Part shown: positions 16,823 to 25,331 of the stretch, one piece after another
How the letters are laid out: the number at the start of each line of letters is the position of its first letter
How positions within the stretch are numbered: position 1 is the stretch's first letter
Position numbers and translations under genes: made by a program
From: Treponemataceae bacterium
Lineage (GTDB): Bacteria > Spirochaetota > Spirochaetia > Treponematales > Treponemataceae
Direction: 5' to 3'
Assembly (NCBI GenBank): GCA_035352735.1
Contig: DAOPYF010000001.1
Location: 8,385 to 72,384 of the forward strand
DNA: 64,000 nt
The notes under the pieces: model-generated
Database searches by the model: none
What the model saw: only the letters and a program-made list of their open reading frames with translations
Told to the model about the DNA's origin: nothing

Positions 16823-18375
16823 CTTCGGCGTTTCTTTCTCACGACGCAGAACCCGAGATACGCGAGAATGAGGGCGGGTATGGCCACGAGATTCGCAAAG
16901 CGAACGCGCTTGAGCGTGTTCGCGTTTTTCGCTTGGGGCTCATCCTTGGCTCCCGCATCGCTTTGGGCAGACGGTGCTTGCGCGCTGTCGGGCGCTTGCC
17001 GTGCCTTCAGCGTGATAAGCTCGTCCTCACCGGCGATCCATTCGACGCAGCTGACGGCAAAATCGAGGTTTGAGTCGCTTCCAGTATAGTCCACGAGCGA
17101 CGAGGGAAGGTATTCGTCTCCGATAACGAGTAACCGCCCGGGCGCGTTTCGCATGGCGATGAGCGCGGAGTTCGGCGCCTTTACGGTCCCTTCCCGCGCG
17201 TCCTCGGTCGATTCGAGGAGAGCTAATTGCTTCCCGAAGGGATTCGTATCGTATGGCTCAAGCATTGCGCGGGCTCGAGACGTCGCGCGAACAATCGAGC
17301 GCGCGCGATCGCCCGCGGGAGCGAGCACGATGCCCGAGGGCCAGAAAAACTGAAGTTTCGAGATGCCGGAGAATATCGGTTCGTCAGGGGAAAGGCCCGA
17401 GCGGGGAACCGTTACCCAAAAGGGATACTCGACTTCCGCGTACCGCGAATTGTCGAGCGTGGGAAGGGTGAGCCGATGATGGAGCACGTCCATGAGAATG
17501 CCGGGCGAAAGGGCGAAGCCTTGGGTCTCAAGCACGGCGAGGAGCGGGTCCTTCACCTTCGCGCGCGCCTTCCAATCGGTTCTCGCGTCGATGAGGTTGC
17601 CGGAGACGAAGAAGGCGGCGTTCCCTCCTGACGAGAGAAAAGAGTCGATGACCGACGCGCTACGTGTATCGATATCGCTTGAGCCAACGACGAGAAGGAG
17701 CTTTGAGGAGTCCAGGGAAGCAAGCGGAAGCGTTTGCGGTTCGAGCGAAAATCCCGCATACGAGACCCAGGCCTCAAGATAGCGATAGTCGACGCCTTGG
17801 GACGCGTTTCCGACGACGTACTGCACGGCGCGTGATGCCTTGGGCGCCGAGGCAGCGCTCGCGCGCGTAAGATCGAGGATGATTCGCGTAAGGTCATACT
17901 CAAGCGTTTTCGTGTCGAGGAGGAACGGGATAACGCGATGCTCGCCGCGATACTCGACGAGGAGTCCCGAATACACACTCGTAATCGAGGTGCCCTGGCC
18001 GTTCCTGACGCGCGTTTGACGCGGAACGATCCCAAGGGCCTCGATCGCCTTAACGTCACCCGTGAGCGCGGGATCGCGAATCGAAAAAGAGATCTTGCCC
18101 TTTGACGAAACGCGGTATTCCTCGAGGAAATTCTCGATGTAACGAATCGCGGGGGTCATGCGTTCAAAGTCGCGCGAGCGATACCAGGTGATCAAGAGCT
18201 CGGAGTCGAGGGAATCGATTGCCGAATGCGAGAGATGCGAAAGCGAGTATTGCTTTCCTGCGCTGAGATCGGCGCGAAAACTCATGCGAGACGAAAGGGC
18301 CGCGATGAGCGCAAGCCCGACGAAAATAATGAGCGCGATCCGCCTGGCGCGCGCGCCGCCACCGAGCCGTTTCAT
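16819..18375 (-). CDS. GldG-like ABC transporter accessory protein
   Basis: RADLSAGKQYSLS, LEEY, YSGLLVEY, LEYDLTR, RLLVIGD, NLDFAVSCVEW, C-terminal TM. Confidence 0.8.
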   Translation of the reverse strand: MKRLGGGARARRIALIIFVGLALIAALSSRMSFRADLSAGKQYSLSHLSHSAIDSLDSELLITWYRSRDFERMTPAIRYIENFLEEYRVSSKGKISFSIRDPALTGDVKAIEALGIVPRQTRVRNGQGTSITSVYSGLLVEYRGEHRVIPFLLDTKTLEYDLTRIILDLTRASAASAPKASRAVQYVVGNASQGVDYRYLEAWVSYAGFSLEPQTLPLASLDSSKLLLVVGSSDIDTRSASVIDSFLSSGGNAAFFVSGNLIDARTDWKARAKVKDPLLAVLETQGFALSPGILMDVLHHRLTLPTLDNSRYAEVEYPFWVTVPRSGLSPDEPIFSGISKLQFFWPSGIVLAPAGDRARSIVRATSRARAMLEPYDTNPFGKQLALLESTEDAREGTVKAPNSALIAMRNAPGRLLVIGDEYLPSSLVDYTGSDSNLDFAVSCVEWIAGEDELITLKARQAPDSAQAPSAQSDAGAKDEPQAKNANTLKRVRFANLVAIPALILAYLGFCVVRKKRRR

Positions 18376-19136
18376 GCGGTCTCCCGTATCTTAAGGATTC
18401 GCAAGGAGCTTAGGGCGATAAAAAAGACAGTTGGCACTGCGAAGAAAAGAACGTCTCGCGCATCGATGATGCCGCGGAACGACGCGTCGAGGTGCCATGC
18501 GAGGGATACTTCCATGCAAAGGCGCGAGACGGGCGCGGGAAGGAGTACCAGCGAGGGAAGGAGATGAACGCCGTCGAATAAGGCGATCGCCGCCGCGGAA
18601 ACGAGGATAGGAACGACCGCGCCCGAGAAGCGGAGCGAAACGAAGGCGGTAAAGGCCGAAAGCGAAAGGCCGAAAAGAAGGAGCATGCAATATCCCGGAA
18701 GCAAGGGGTTCACCTCGGTCGCGACGTCAAGGGACGCTCCTAATCCCGGAAGGGAATGCGCAAGCGGAACGGTGAGGAGAATCGCGATCGCGTACACAAA
18801 AAAAAGCGAGAGCGTCTTCGCAAGCGCGACGGTGAGGTCGCTCGCGGGAAACGAAAGGAGAAGGTCAAAGGTTCCCGCGCGGCGCTCCGATTCCCAAACG
18901 CCTGAGGCAAGCGCCGGAAAGAATAGGACGGCGAGAAGCGGGATGCGCGAGGCGTAGTTCCCAAAACTAAAATTGGGGACAATGACAGATTCCGCGGGGA
19001 AGAGAAACGGAATGCCGCACCCAAAGAGCATGAAAAGCGCCGCGACGGGCGCGGCAGGAGCGAACGCAAGGTCGAGAAAAAACTTGCGTGCAAGGACAAA
19101 GGTACTCGTTCGTCGCTTCGTTTGTTTTTCAGCCAT
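18372..19136 (-). CDS. ABC-2 type permease (GldF-like)
   Basis: ERRAGTFDLLLSFP...AK; six TMs; HLDASFRGIID; GGAGG RBS before ATG 19136. Confidence 0.8.
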   Translation of the reverse strand: MAEKQTKRRTSTFVLARKFFLDLAFAPAAPVAALFMLFGCGIPFLFPAESVIVPNFSFGNYASRIPLLAVLFFPALASGVWESERRAGTFDLLLSFPASDLTVALAKTLSLFFVYAIAILLTVPLAHSLPGLGASLDVATEVNPLLPGYCMLLLFGLSLSAFTAFVSLRFSGAVVPILVSAAAIALFDGVHLLPSLVLLPAPVSRLCMEVSLAWHLDASFRGIIDARDVLFFAVPTVFFIALSSLRILKIRETA

Positions 19137-19854
19137 TGAGCGCCTCCCGCGATACCAGCGAGACGAACGCGTCGGTGAGGTTGTCCGAGCGGGCATCATT
19201 GAGTATTTCCGCGACGGTGCCTTTCTCGAGGATCTTGCCGCGATTCAAGAGAATCACGGAAGCGTCGAGCCGTTCGATCTCGGTCATGTTATGCGTAGAA
19301 ATAAAAATGACTCGGCCTTCCGAAAAGGACTTCACGAGCTTCCAAAACTCCGCGAGCTGAACCGGGTCGAGGCCAGATGAAGGCTCGTCGAGGATGAGGA
19401 GACGTGGGTCGTGGAGAAGCGCTGCGGCAAGCGCGGTTCGTTGCCGAAAGCCGCGAGAGAGATGGTCGGTGACCCGACGCGCTACCTCGCCGAGGGCGCA
19501 TGAGTCTATCGCGCGCTCGACGCGTTCACGCGTGGTACGCTTGGGGTATCCGCGCGCGCGGGCGACGAACTCTAGGTATTGCGATACGGTCATGCCAGGG
19601 TATATCGGCGCGTTCTCGAACACCGCGCCGGTGAGGCTCCGCGCGGATACCGAGTCGTTCGCGGTATCGAGCCCATCGAGCGTCACGCTGCCGCTTGAGG
19701 GAAGGATAGCCCCAGAGAGTATCCTGACGAGGGTTGATTTCCCCGCGCCGTTAGGGCCGGCGAGCGCGACGATGCCGCTATCGGCCGTGAAGGAAATGCC
19801 CTCAAGCGCGACGATCGGCCCAAATCGCTTCCCTACCCGGTCGACGGTAAGCAT
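19129..19854 (-). CDS. ABC transporter ATP-binding protein (GldA-like)
   Basis: GPNGAGKS, LSRGFRQR, LILDEPSSGLDP, STH. Confidence 0.9.
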   Translation of the reverse strand: MLTVDRVGKRFGPIVALEGISFTADSGIVALAGPNGAGKSTLVRILSGAILPSSGSVTLDGLDTANDSVSARSLTGAVFENAPIYPGMTVSQYLEFVARARGYPKRTTRERVERAIDSCALGEVARRVTDHLSRGFRQRTALAAALLHDPRLLILDEPSSGLDPVQLAEFWKLVKSFSEGRVIFISTHNMTEIERLDASVILLNRGKILEKGTVAEILNDARSDNLTDAFVSLVSREALNG

Positions 19855-19863
19855 TGGGGTGCT

Positions 19864-20790
19864 TCAGTCCTCGTACTCGATCGGAAAGACCATACGGTCT
19901 TTCGTGAGCACGGTTTCGGGAAACACGGTACGCGCTTCGTCGAGAAGGATCTTCAGGTCGTGGTCGGTGTACCGCGGGCTGTAATGGATAAGGCCCATCT
20001 TCTTCACGTTCGCCTCGCGGGCGATGGAGGCGGCTTGCTTGGAGGTCATGTGCTTTTTCTCGAGCGCGGTATCGGCAAGCGAATCCTCGAACATCCCTTC
20101 GCATATGAGAAGGTCCGAGCCGCTTACCTCCTTCGCGATCGATGGAAGGTATTTCGTGTCGGTCACGAAACTGAATTTGCGACCTTTTCTCGGTGCCCCC
20201 AAGACCTCTTCGGGATGGACCGCGCTGCCGTCCGTCGCGGTGACGGTCTCGCCCGCCTGCAGCTTCGACCACAAGGGGCCGCAGGGAACCTTGCGTTCGA
20301 GGGCCTGGCTCGGATTGAAGGCGCCGGGACGAGAATGTTCCTCAAGCGCGTATCCATAGCAAACCTTCGTGTGCTGGAGCTGAAACGCGCGAACGTCGAA
20401 GCCGTCGCCCGAATACACGATGCCCGGCTCGGTGATTTCACGGACGACGATCTCGTAGTTGATGTACATATCGAGAACCTTTCGGCTCGTGTCGATGTAC
20501 TCGGCGATTTTCGGAGGTCCGTAGATATACAGGGGCTCGTCGCGGTCGACCTGCGCGGAAAGCATGAGAAGACCCGGGAGGCCGGTGACGTGGTCGGCAT
20601 GCGTGTGACTGATGAAGATCGCGTTAATCTTTTTCCAGCGGAGGTTCAGTTTCCTGAGGGAAATCTGCGTTCCCTCCCCGCCGTCAAAGAGAAAAAGGTC
20701 CCCTTCCCGCCTGAGCAAAACGGAGGTTAAATGGCGGTACGGGAGCGGCATCATGCCACCGCAACCGAGCACAAAGGCTTCAAGATTCAT
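19864..20790 (-). CDS. rnz: Ribonuclease Z
   Basis: FDGGEGTQ, SHTHADH, exosite GP motif, TDT, KKHMTS, LIHYSPRY. Confidence 0.95.
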   Translation of the reverse strand: MNLEAFVLGCGGMMPLPYRHLTSVLLRREGDLFLFDGGEGTQISLRKLNLRWKKINAIFISHTHADHVTGLPGLLMLSAQVDRDEPLYIYGPPKIAEYIDTSRKVLDMYINYEIVVREITEPGIVYSGDGFDVRAFQLQHTKVCYGYALEEHSRPGAFNPSQALERKVPCGPLWSKLQAGETVTATDGSAVHPEEVLGAPRKGRKFSFVTDTKYLPSIAKEVSGSDLLICEGMFEDSLADTALEKKHMTSKQAASIAREANVKKMGLIHYSPRYTDHDLKILLDEARTVFPETVLTKDRMVFPIEYED

Positions 20791-20821
20791 AGTAACGAAG
20801 TATACCCCGAATTAAAGGCGC

Positions 20822-20849
20822 TTGACAATGCAAAATGATATGATAAACT
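20822..20849 (+). promoter_or_regulatory. sigma70 promoter of the nicotinamidase gene, overlapping the divergent rnz promoter
   Basis: TTGACA-N16-TAAACT with a TGn extension; on the minus strand TTGTCA-N18-TATACT sits 8 nt before the rnz ATG. Confidence 0.55.
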
Positions 20850-20859
20850 TAGTAGCACT

Positions 20860-21648
20860 ATGGTTAACACACTGCTCATCATTGACCCTCAAAACGATTT
20901 TTGCGACCCAAAGGGCGCGCTGTGCGTGACAGGCGCAGCTGACGATTGCGCTCGACTCGCGAAGATGCTCAAGCGGATCGACCGCGAGGTCAATTCCGTT
21001 CACGTCACCATGGATACCCATCACTCGTTCCATATCGCGCACCCGATATTCTGGCTTAACAAGGCAAACGAGCATCCGGCGCCCTACACGATCATCACCT
21101 CGGCCATGATACAGGCCGGCGAATACAAGGCCTCGGCGCCGCAGTACCAGCATTACGCCCTCGAGTACGTGACGACCCTCGAGAAAACCGGGAAGTATAA
21201 CCTGTGCATATGGCCGCCGCATTGCCTCATCGGCACCTGGGGGCACGCGATCTACCCGACGCTATCGCAGGCGCTGCAAGAATGGGAATGGGCCGTCCCG
21301 GGAAGGATCGTCGACTATACCTACAAAGGGAGTAATTTCCGGACCGAGCACTATAGCGCGATCAGGGCCGAGGTGTCCGACGCGTCAGATCCGGGCTCGC
21401 GGACGAACTTCGCGCTGATCGAGCGGCTCAAGGCAGCCGATAACATCGCCATCGCCGGGGAGGCGCTCTCGCACTGCGTCGCGAACACGGTTCGCGACCT
21501 CATCACCTGCATACCGGCGGATAAGCTCGTCGTGCTCACCGACGTCAGCTCGAACGTCACGGGCTTCGAGAAACTCGGCGAGGAGTTTACCGCCGAGATC
21601 GAGACGATCGGCGTCAGGCTCATGACCTCCGAGGAGTTTCTCGCGTAA
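20860..21648 (+). CDS. Nicotinamidase/isochorismatase family cysteine hydrolase
   Basis: IIDPQNDF, DTH, WPPHC, KG...EHYSA, GEALSHCV (Asp-Lys-Cys triad). Confidence 0.85.
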   Translation: MVNTLLIIDPQNDFCDPKGALCVTGAADDCARLAKMLKRIDREVNSVHVTMDTHHSFHIAHPIFWLNKANEHPAPYTIITSAMIQAGEYKASAPQYQHYALEYVTTLEKTGKYNLCIWPPHCLIGTWGHAIYPTLSQALQEWEWAVPGRIVDYTYKGSNFRTEHYSAIRAEVSDASDPGSRTNFALIERLKAADNIAIAGEALSHCVANTVRDLITCIPADKLVVLTDVSSNVTGFEKLGEEFTAEIETIGVRLMTSEEFLA

Positions 21649-22798
21649 GGAACTTGACCGCCTTCTTGAACCAGAAGGCGCGGATGGTTTCTGCCGCGCG
21701 GTACAGGGCATACGGTAACGCGCGGGCGGGAACGTCGAGGCTCCCCACGCGGTGGATAATCGCGCCGCCAAAACCCGTCTTGAAGCGATAGAGCCCGTAC
21801 ATCGGGTGATTCGGATCGTCCTTAGGCGGTATCCCGTAAAAGTCATAGCGCGCGCAGCCTGAGTCCTTCGCGTCGCGGATGGCCTTCCATTGGAGGCAAT
21901 ACGCGGGCATCAGGTTTCGCTTGACGTTCGAGGACGCCCCATAAAGGTATATCGCCTCTTCACCGCAAAAAAGCGTAATGATCGCCGCGAGGGTATCTTC
22001 CTCGTGACGGGCGAGATACACCCGCACGGATACCGGCTTATCGAAGGTTGAGCGCGCGGCGCGAGCCATCGAGGCCTCGGCGTGCGCGATGAGGTCGCGA
22101 TAGTATTCGCGCGAATGGATCGCGATCCCGTCCCTGCTCGCGGTTTCGAGGTAGAGCGCGTAAAACGCGTCGACGCCCGCTGTTTCGGCTTCCGTGCCGA
22201 GGAGGCAGGACACCGTGACGCCTTTTTTTTCGCCCAGGCGGATGTTGTACCGCCACTTCGGCTTCATCCCCGATAAGAGGTCTTCTTCCGAAAGCGTGAG
22301 GTCAAGTTGAACCGTGTCGGGCGGCTGGATATCGGCGCTCGCGTGGCGAACCGGCTTAGGCGGCCGAATCGGAAAGGGCTCCGCTTCCGCTTTCGCCTGA
22401 TCGGCGGTATCGTCGGAATCGCGGCCTGAAAACGAGTTCGGTACGATCGTTCCCCACGGGGGATCGAACCGCACGCATATCGTTCCCTTCGGGAGATAGG
22501 GTTTCAGAAGGCGCCCGAGCTCGAGCAGGATCTCCCCTTGCCTCGCCTCGCCCGATGCCATGACGTCGGGCCCAAGCGGCACGTACGCGATAGCCGCGAC
22601 GCGCGCCATCGGGCGCACGAGGACCGTCAGGAAAAAGCGGTCGCGCTCGGGAATGCCCTCGACGAGAAAATACCGCGGCTTCCAGCCGTGGCGCGCCTTA
22701 AACGATGCCCAAAAGGGCGTTTGAAGAAACGACGAAGGAGGCGTGAGCCCGCCTCCCTCGATCGAGTATGTTTCGGGATCTATCGCGGTGAGGCGCAT
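21620..22798 (-). CDS. FemABX family peptidoglycan interpeptide-bridge aminoacyltransferase
   Basis: FLQTPFWASFK, YVPLGP, KWRYNIR, YLYGASS, YDFYG, GLYRFKTGFGG. Confidence 0.9.
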   Translation of the reverse strand: MRLTAIDPETYSIEGGGLTPPSSFLQTPFWASFKARHGWKPRYFLVEGIPERDRFFLTVLVRPMARVAAIAYVPLGPDVMASGEARQGEILLELGRLLKPYLPKGTICVRFDPPWGTIVPNSFSGRDSDDTADQAKAEAEPFPIRPPKPVRHASADIQPPDTVQLDLTLSEEDLLSGMKPKWRYNIRLGEKKGVTVSCLLGTEAETAGVDAFYALYLETASRDGIAIHSREYYRDLIAHAEASMARAARSTFDKPVSVRVYLARHEEDTLAAIITLFCGEEAIYLYGASSNVKRNLMPAYCLQWKAIRDAKDSGCARYDFYGIPPKDDPNHPMYGLYRFKTGFGGAIIHRVGSLDVPARALPYALYRAAETIRAFWFKKAVKFLTRETPRRS

Positions 22799-22805
22799 GA
22801 TGGTG

Positions 22806-25241
22806 TTAGGAAACCTCGCCCGAGACGACGTTCTTGGCGGTTACCGGCTTCCCGTCGATAAGGAGGCGCTTTCCGCCGACGGTCACGACATGGTCGACGA
22901 TCTTCATGGGCGCGGCGAAGAAGGTATCGGCGTCGATCGAATCGGGCTTCTTGAACGCGGGATCGGCTCCCTCGAGTATGACGGGCGTGCCGGGCGCGGC
23001 ACAGGACGAGTCGAGCACCTCGACGTGCTCGACGCCCGCGGCGTCCGTGTAGTCGCCCGCGAGCAGCATGCCCCGAGACTCGATGCCGCGCATCTTGCGG
23101 GCCTTGAGGTTGTCCGCGATGATGATCGATTTGCCCAAGAGCTCCTCGGCGGTAAAATAGGGCACGAGGCCCGAGATGATGACGCGCTCGGCGCCGGACC
23201 CGTCGTCGAGCGTCTCGACGTAGAGTTTCTCCGCGTCGGGATGCCGCTCGATCTTCACGATCTTCGCGGTCTTGAGCGCGATCTTTTCGTTAAAGAGAAC
23301 GTCGGCAGCGACGGGCGCCGCGGGGGCCTTTTCCGCGTTTACGTGGGCCTTTCCGCCGTTCGCCCCTTGTGCCGGTTTTCCGGCAGATTCCTGCACTGCT
23401 TTCTGGTGCGTGTCGCTCACGTTGTTTTCCTTTTCCTTTCGTTCTTTCTGCGATCCCGCGTACCGCTCGCGGTACGCCTGCGCGGTCGCGTCGTCCATCG
23501 GCTTAAAGATGATCTCAGGAGTCGAGACCGTGCTGAGTCCCTTGCGGTCGCCGAGGTTCTTCCAAGAAAGCGCGTTCGCTTCGGCGGTATGCTCGAAGGC
23601 CGTCGGGGCTTTTCCCGACTTGGCGAGTCGCTCGTCGAAGACGACGCCTGACCAGATCGTCTTTCCGAAGAAAGCCGCGACGCGGTCGGCGTATCCGGGC
23701 ATATAGGGATGGACGATGATCATGAGATCGCGGATGAGATAGCAAAGGTCATGGATGAGCGCCTCGGCCTTCTCGGGGTCGCTTGTCCGCGTCTTCCAGG
23801 GCTCGCCGTCCTGGAAGGCTTTGTTCGCGACCGACGAGAGCGCGAAGGCCTCGCGGAACGCGTCGCGGAGCTCGGCCCACTCGAGGAGTTCGGTGACGCG
23901 CTTGAATGAAGCGTCGGCCGCGCCCTTGAGCCCTTCGGAAACCGCGCGGATATCGGCGCGGTTGGAGGTAAGCCCGTCTGCCTCGGGGATTTTCCCGTCA
24001 TAGTAGCGCGAGACGAAGGTGAGCGTTCGGTTCACGAGGTTGCCGAGGTTGCCGATGAGCTCGGAGTTCATCTTCTCCTGGAAATCCTTCCAAGTGAATA
24101 GCGAGTCGGCCTTTTCGGGGCGGTTGTAGAAGACGTAGAAGCGCCAGACGTCCGCGGGGATTCCCGATTCCTTCGCGTCCGAGCCGAACACGCCGATTCC
24201 CTTCGATTTCGAGAACTTTCCCGCCTCGTAGTTGAGGTACTCGGTGCTCGACATGTGATGGAGCTTAGTCCAGTTCTTGCCCGAGCCGATGAGGCTCGAG
24301 GGGAAGATTACCGTATGGAACGGTATGTTGTCCTTGCCGATGAATTGGAAAAGCTCGACGTTATCGGGGTTCTGCCACCACGCGGCCCAGTCGCCGGTCG
24401 CCGGAAGCCTGCCCTCGGCGGTAAGCCGGTCGGTCAGGCATTTTGAGATCGAGATATACCCGATCGGGGCGTCAAACCAAACGTAGAAAACCTTCTTTTC
24501 GAAACCAGCTCTCGGCACGGGGATTCCCCACGAAAGGTCGCGGGTGATCGCGCGTTCCTGGAGCCCGTCGCGGATCCATGCCTGGGTCATTTGGAGGGCG
24601 TTTCTCGCCCACTGGCCGGAGACGCTCGCCGACTTCATCCATTTTTCGTAGACGGGGAGGATTCCGGGAAGGTCGATGTAGAGGTGTTTCGTCGCGCGGA
24701 TCTCGGGCGTCGAGCCGCAGGTCGAGCAGCGCGGGCCCTTGAGCTCGGTCGGATCGAGGAGCTTGCCGCAATGCTCGCACTGATCGCCGCGGGCGTCTTC
24801 GTAGCCGCAAGCGGGACAGGTGCCGCGCACGTAGCGGTCGGCGAGGAACCGGTTGCACGACGAGCAGTACAGCTGCTCGATCGTGTGCTCCTTGATGTGC
24901 CCGTTTTTCTCGAGATCGAGGAACATGCCCTGCGTGATCTCGGTCTGCTGCGGCGTCGAGGTTCGCCCGAAGTTGTCGAACGCGATGCCGAACCAATTAT
25001 AGATGTCGCTGTGTATCGCGTGATAGTAGTCGCAAAGCTCGCGCGGCGTCTTGCCCTCTTCCTGGGCCTTCGTCTCGGTCGCGGTGCCGTATTCGTCGGT
25101 GCCGCAGACGTACAGCGTGTCGTAGCCGCGGAGGCGGCAGTAGCGCGCGTAAACGTCGGCCGAAAGGACTTGGATGAGATTTCCGAGATGGGGGATATTG
25201 TTGACGTATGGAAGCGCCGAGGTGACGAGTTTTCTTTTCAT
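22806..25241 (-). CDS. metG: Methionine--tRNA ligase with C-terminal tRNA-binding (Trbp111-like) domain
   Basis: TSALPYVNNIPHLGN, GTDEYG, Zn knuckles, GKDN, KFSKS, HPDAEKL...MRGIESRGMLL. Confidence 0.97.
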   Translation of the reverse strand: MKRKLVTSALPYVNNIPHLGNLIQVLSADVYARYCRLRGYDTLYVCGTDEYGTATETKAQEEGKTPRELCDYYHAIHSDIYNWFGIAFDNFGRTSTPQQTEITQGMFLDLEKNGHIKEHTIEQLYCSSCNRFLADRYVRGTCPACGYEDARGDQCEHCGKLLDPTELKGPRCSTCGSTPEIRATKHLYIDLPGILPVYEKWMKSASVSGQWARNALQMTQAWIRDGLQERAITRDLSWGIPVPRAGFEKKVFYVWFDAPIGYISISKCLTDRLTAEGRLPATGDWAAWWQNPDNVELFQFIGKDNIPFHTVIFPSSLIGSGKNWTKLHHMSSTEYLNYEAGKFSKSKGIGVFGSDAKESGIPADVWRFYVFYNRPEKADSLFTWKDFQEKMNSELIGNLGNLVNRTLTFVSRYYDGKIPEADGLTSNRADIRAVSEGLKGAADASFKRVTELLEWAELRDAFREAFALSSVANKAFQDGEPWKTRTSDPEKAEALIHDLCYLIRDLMIIVHPYMPGYADRVAAFFGKTIWSGVVFDERLAKSGKAPTAFEHTAEANALSWKNLGDRKGLSTVSTPEIIFKPMDDATAQAYRERYAGSQKERKEKENNVSDTHQKAVQESAGKPAQGANGGKAHVNAEKAPAAPVAADVLFNEKIALKTAKIVKIERHPDAEKLYVETLDDGSGAERVIISGLVPYFTAEELLGKSIIIADNLKARKMRGIESRGMLLAGDYTDAAGVEHVEVLDSSCAAPGTPVILEGADPAFKKPDSIDADTFFAAPMKIVDHVVTVGGKRLLIDGKPVTAKNVVSGEVS

Positions 25242-25331
25242 GGCTGCCATGATACCCTTTCCAGGGGAAACAATCAACGGGAAATGGCCTTGGGGACCCT
25301 GCGCGAGCCGTCGCGTAAGGCCTTCCGAGCG

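Noticed and set aside
23418-23440. AAGGA...GTG inside metG as an internal start for a stand-alone tRNA-binding domain
   Set aside because: The purine run is explained by KEKE codons; no supporting promoter
25280-25330. Hairpin upstream of metG as a T-box or SAM riboswitch
   Set aside because: The intergenic region is only ~90 nt with no T-box or S-box consensus; it is probably a 3' stem-loop of the GH57-like gene
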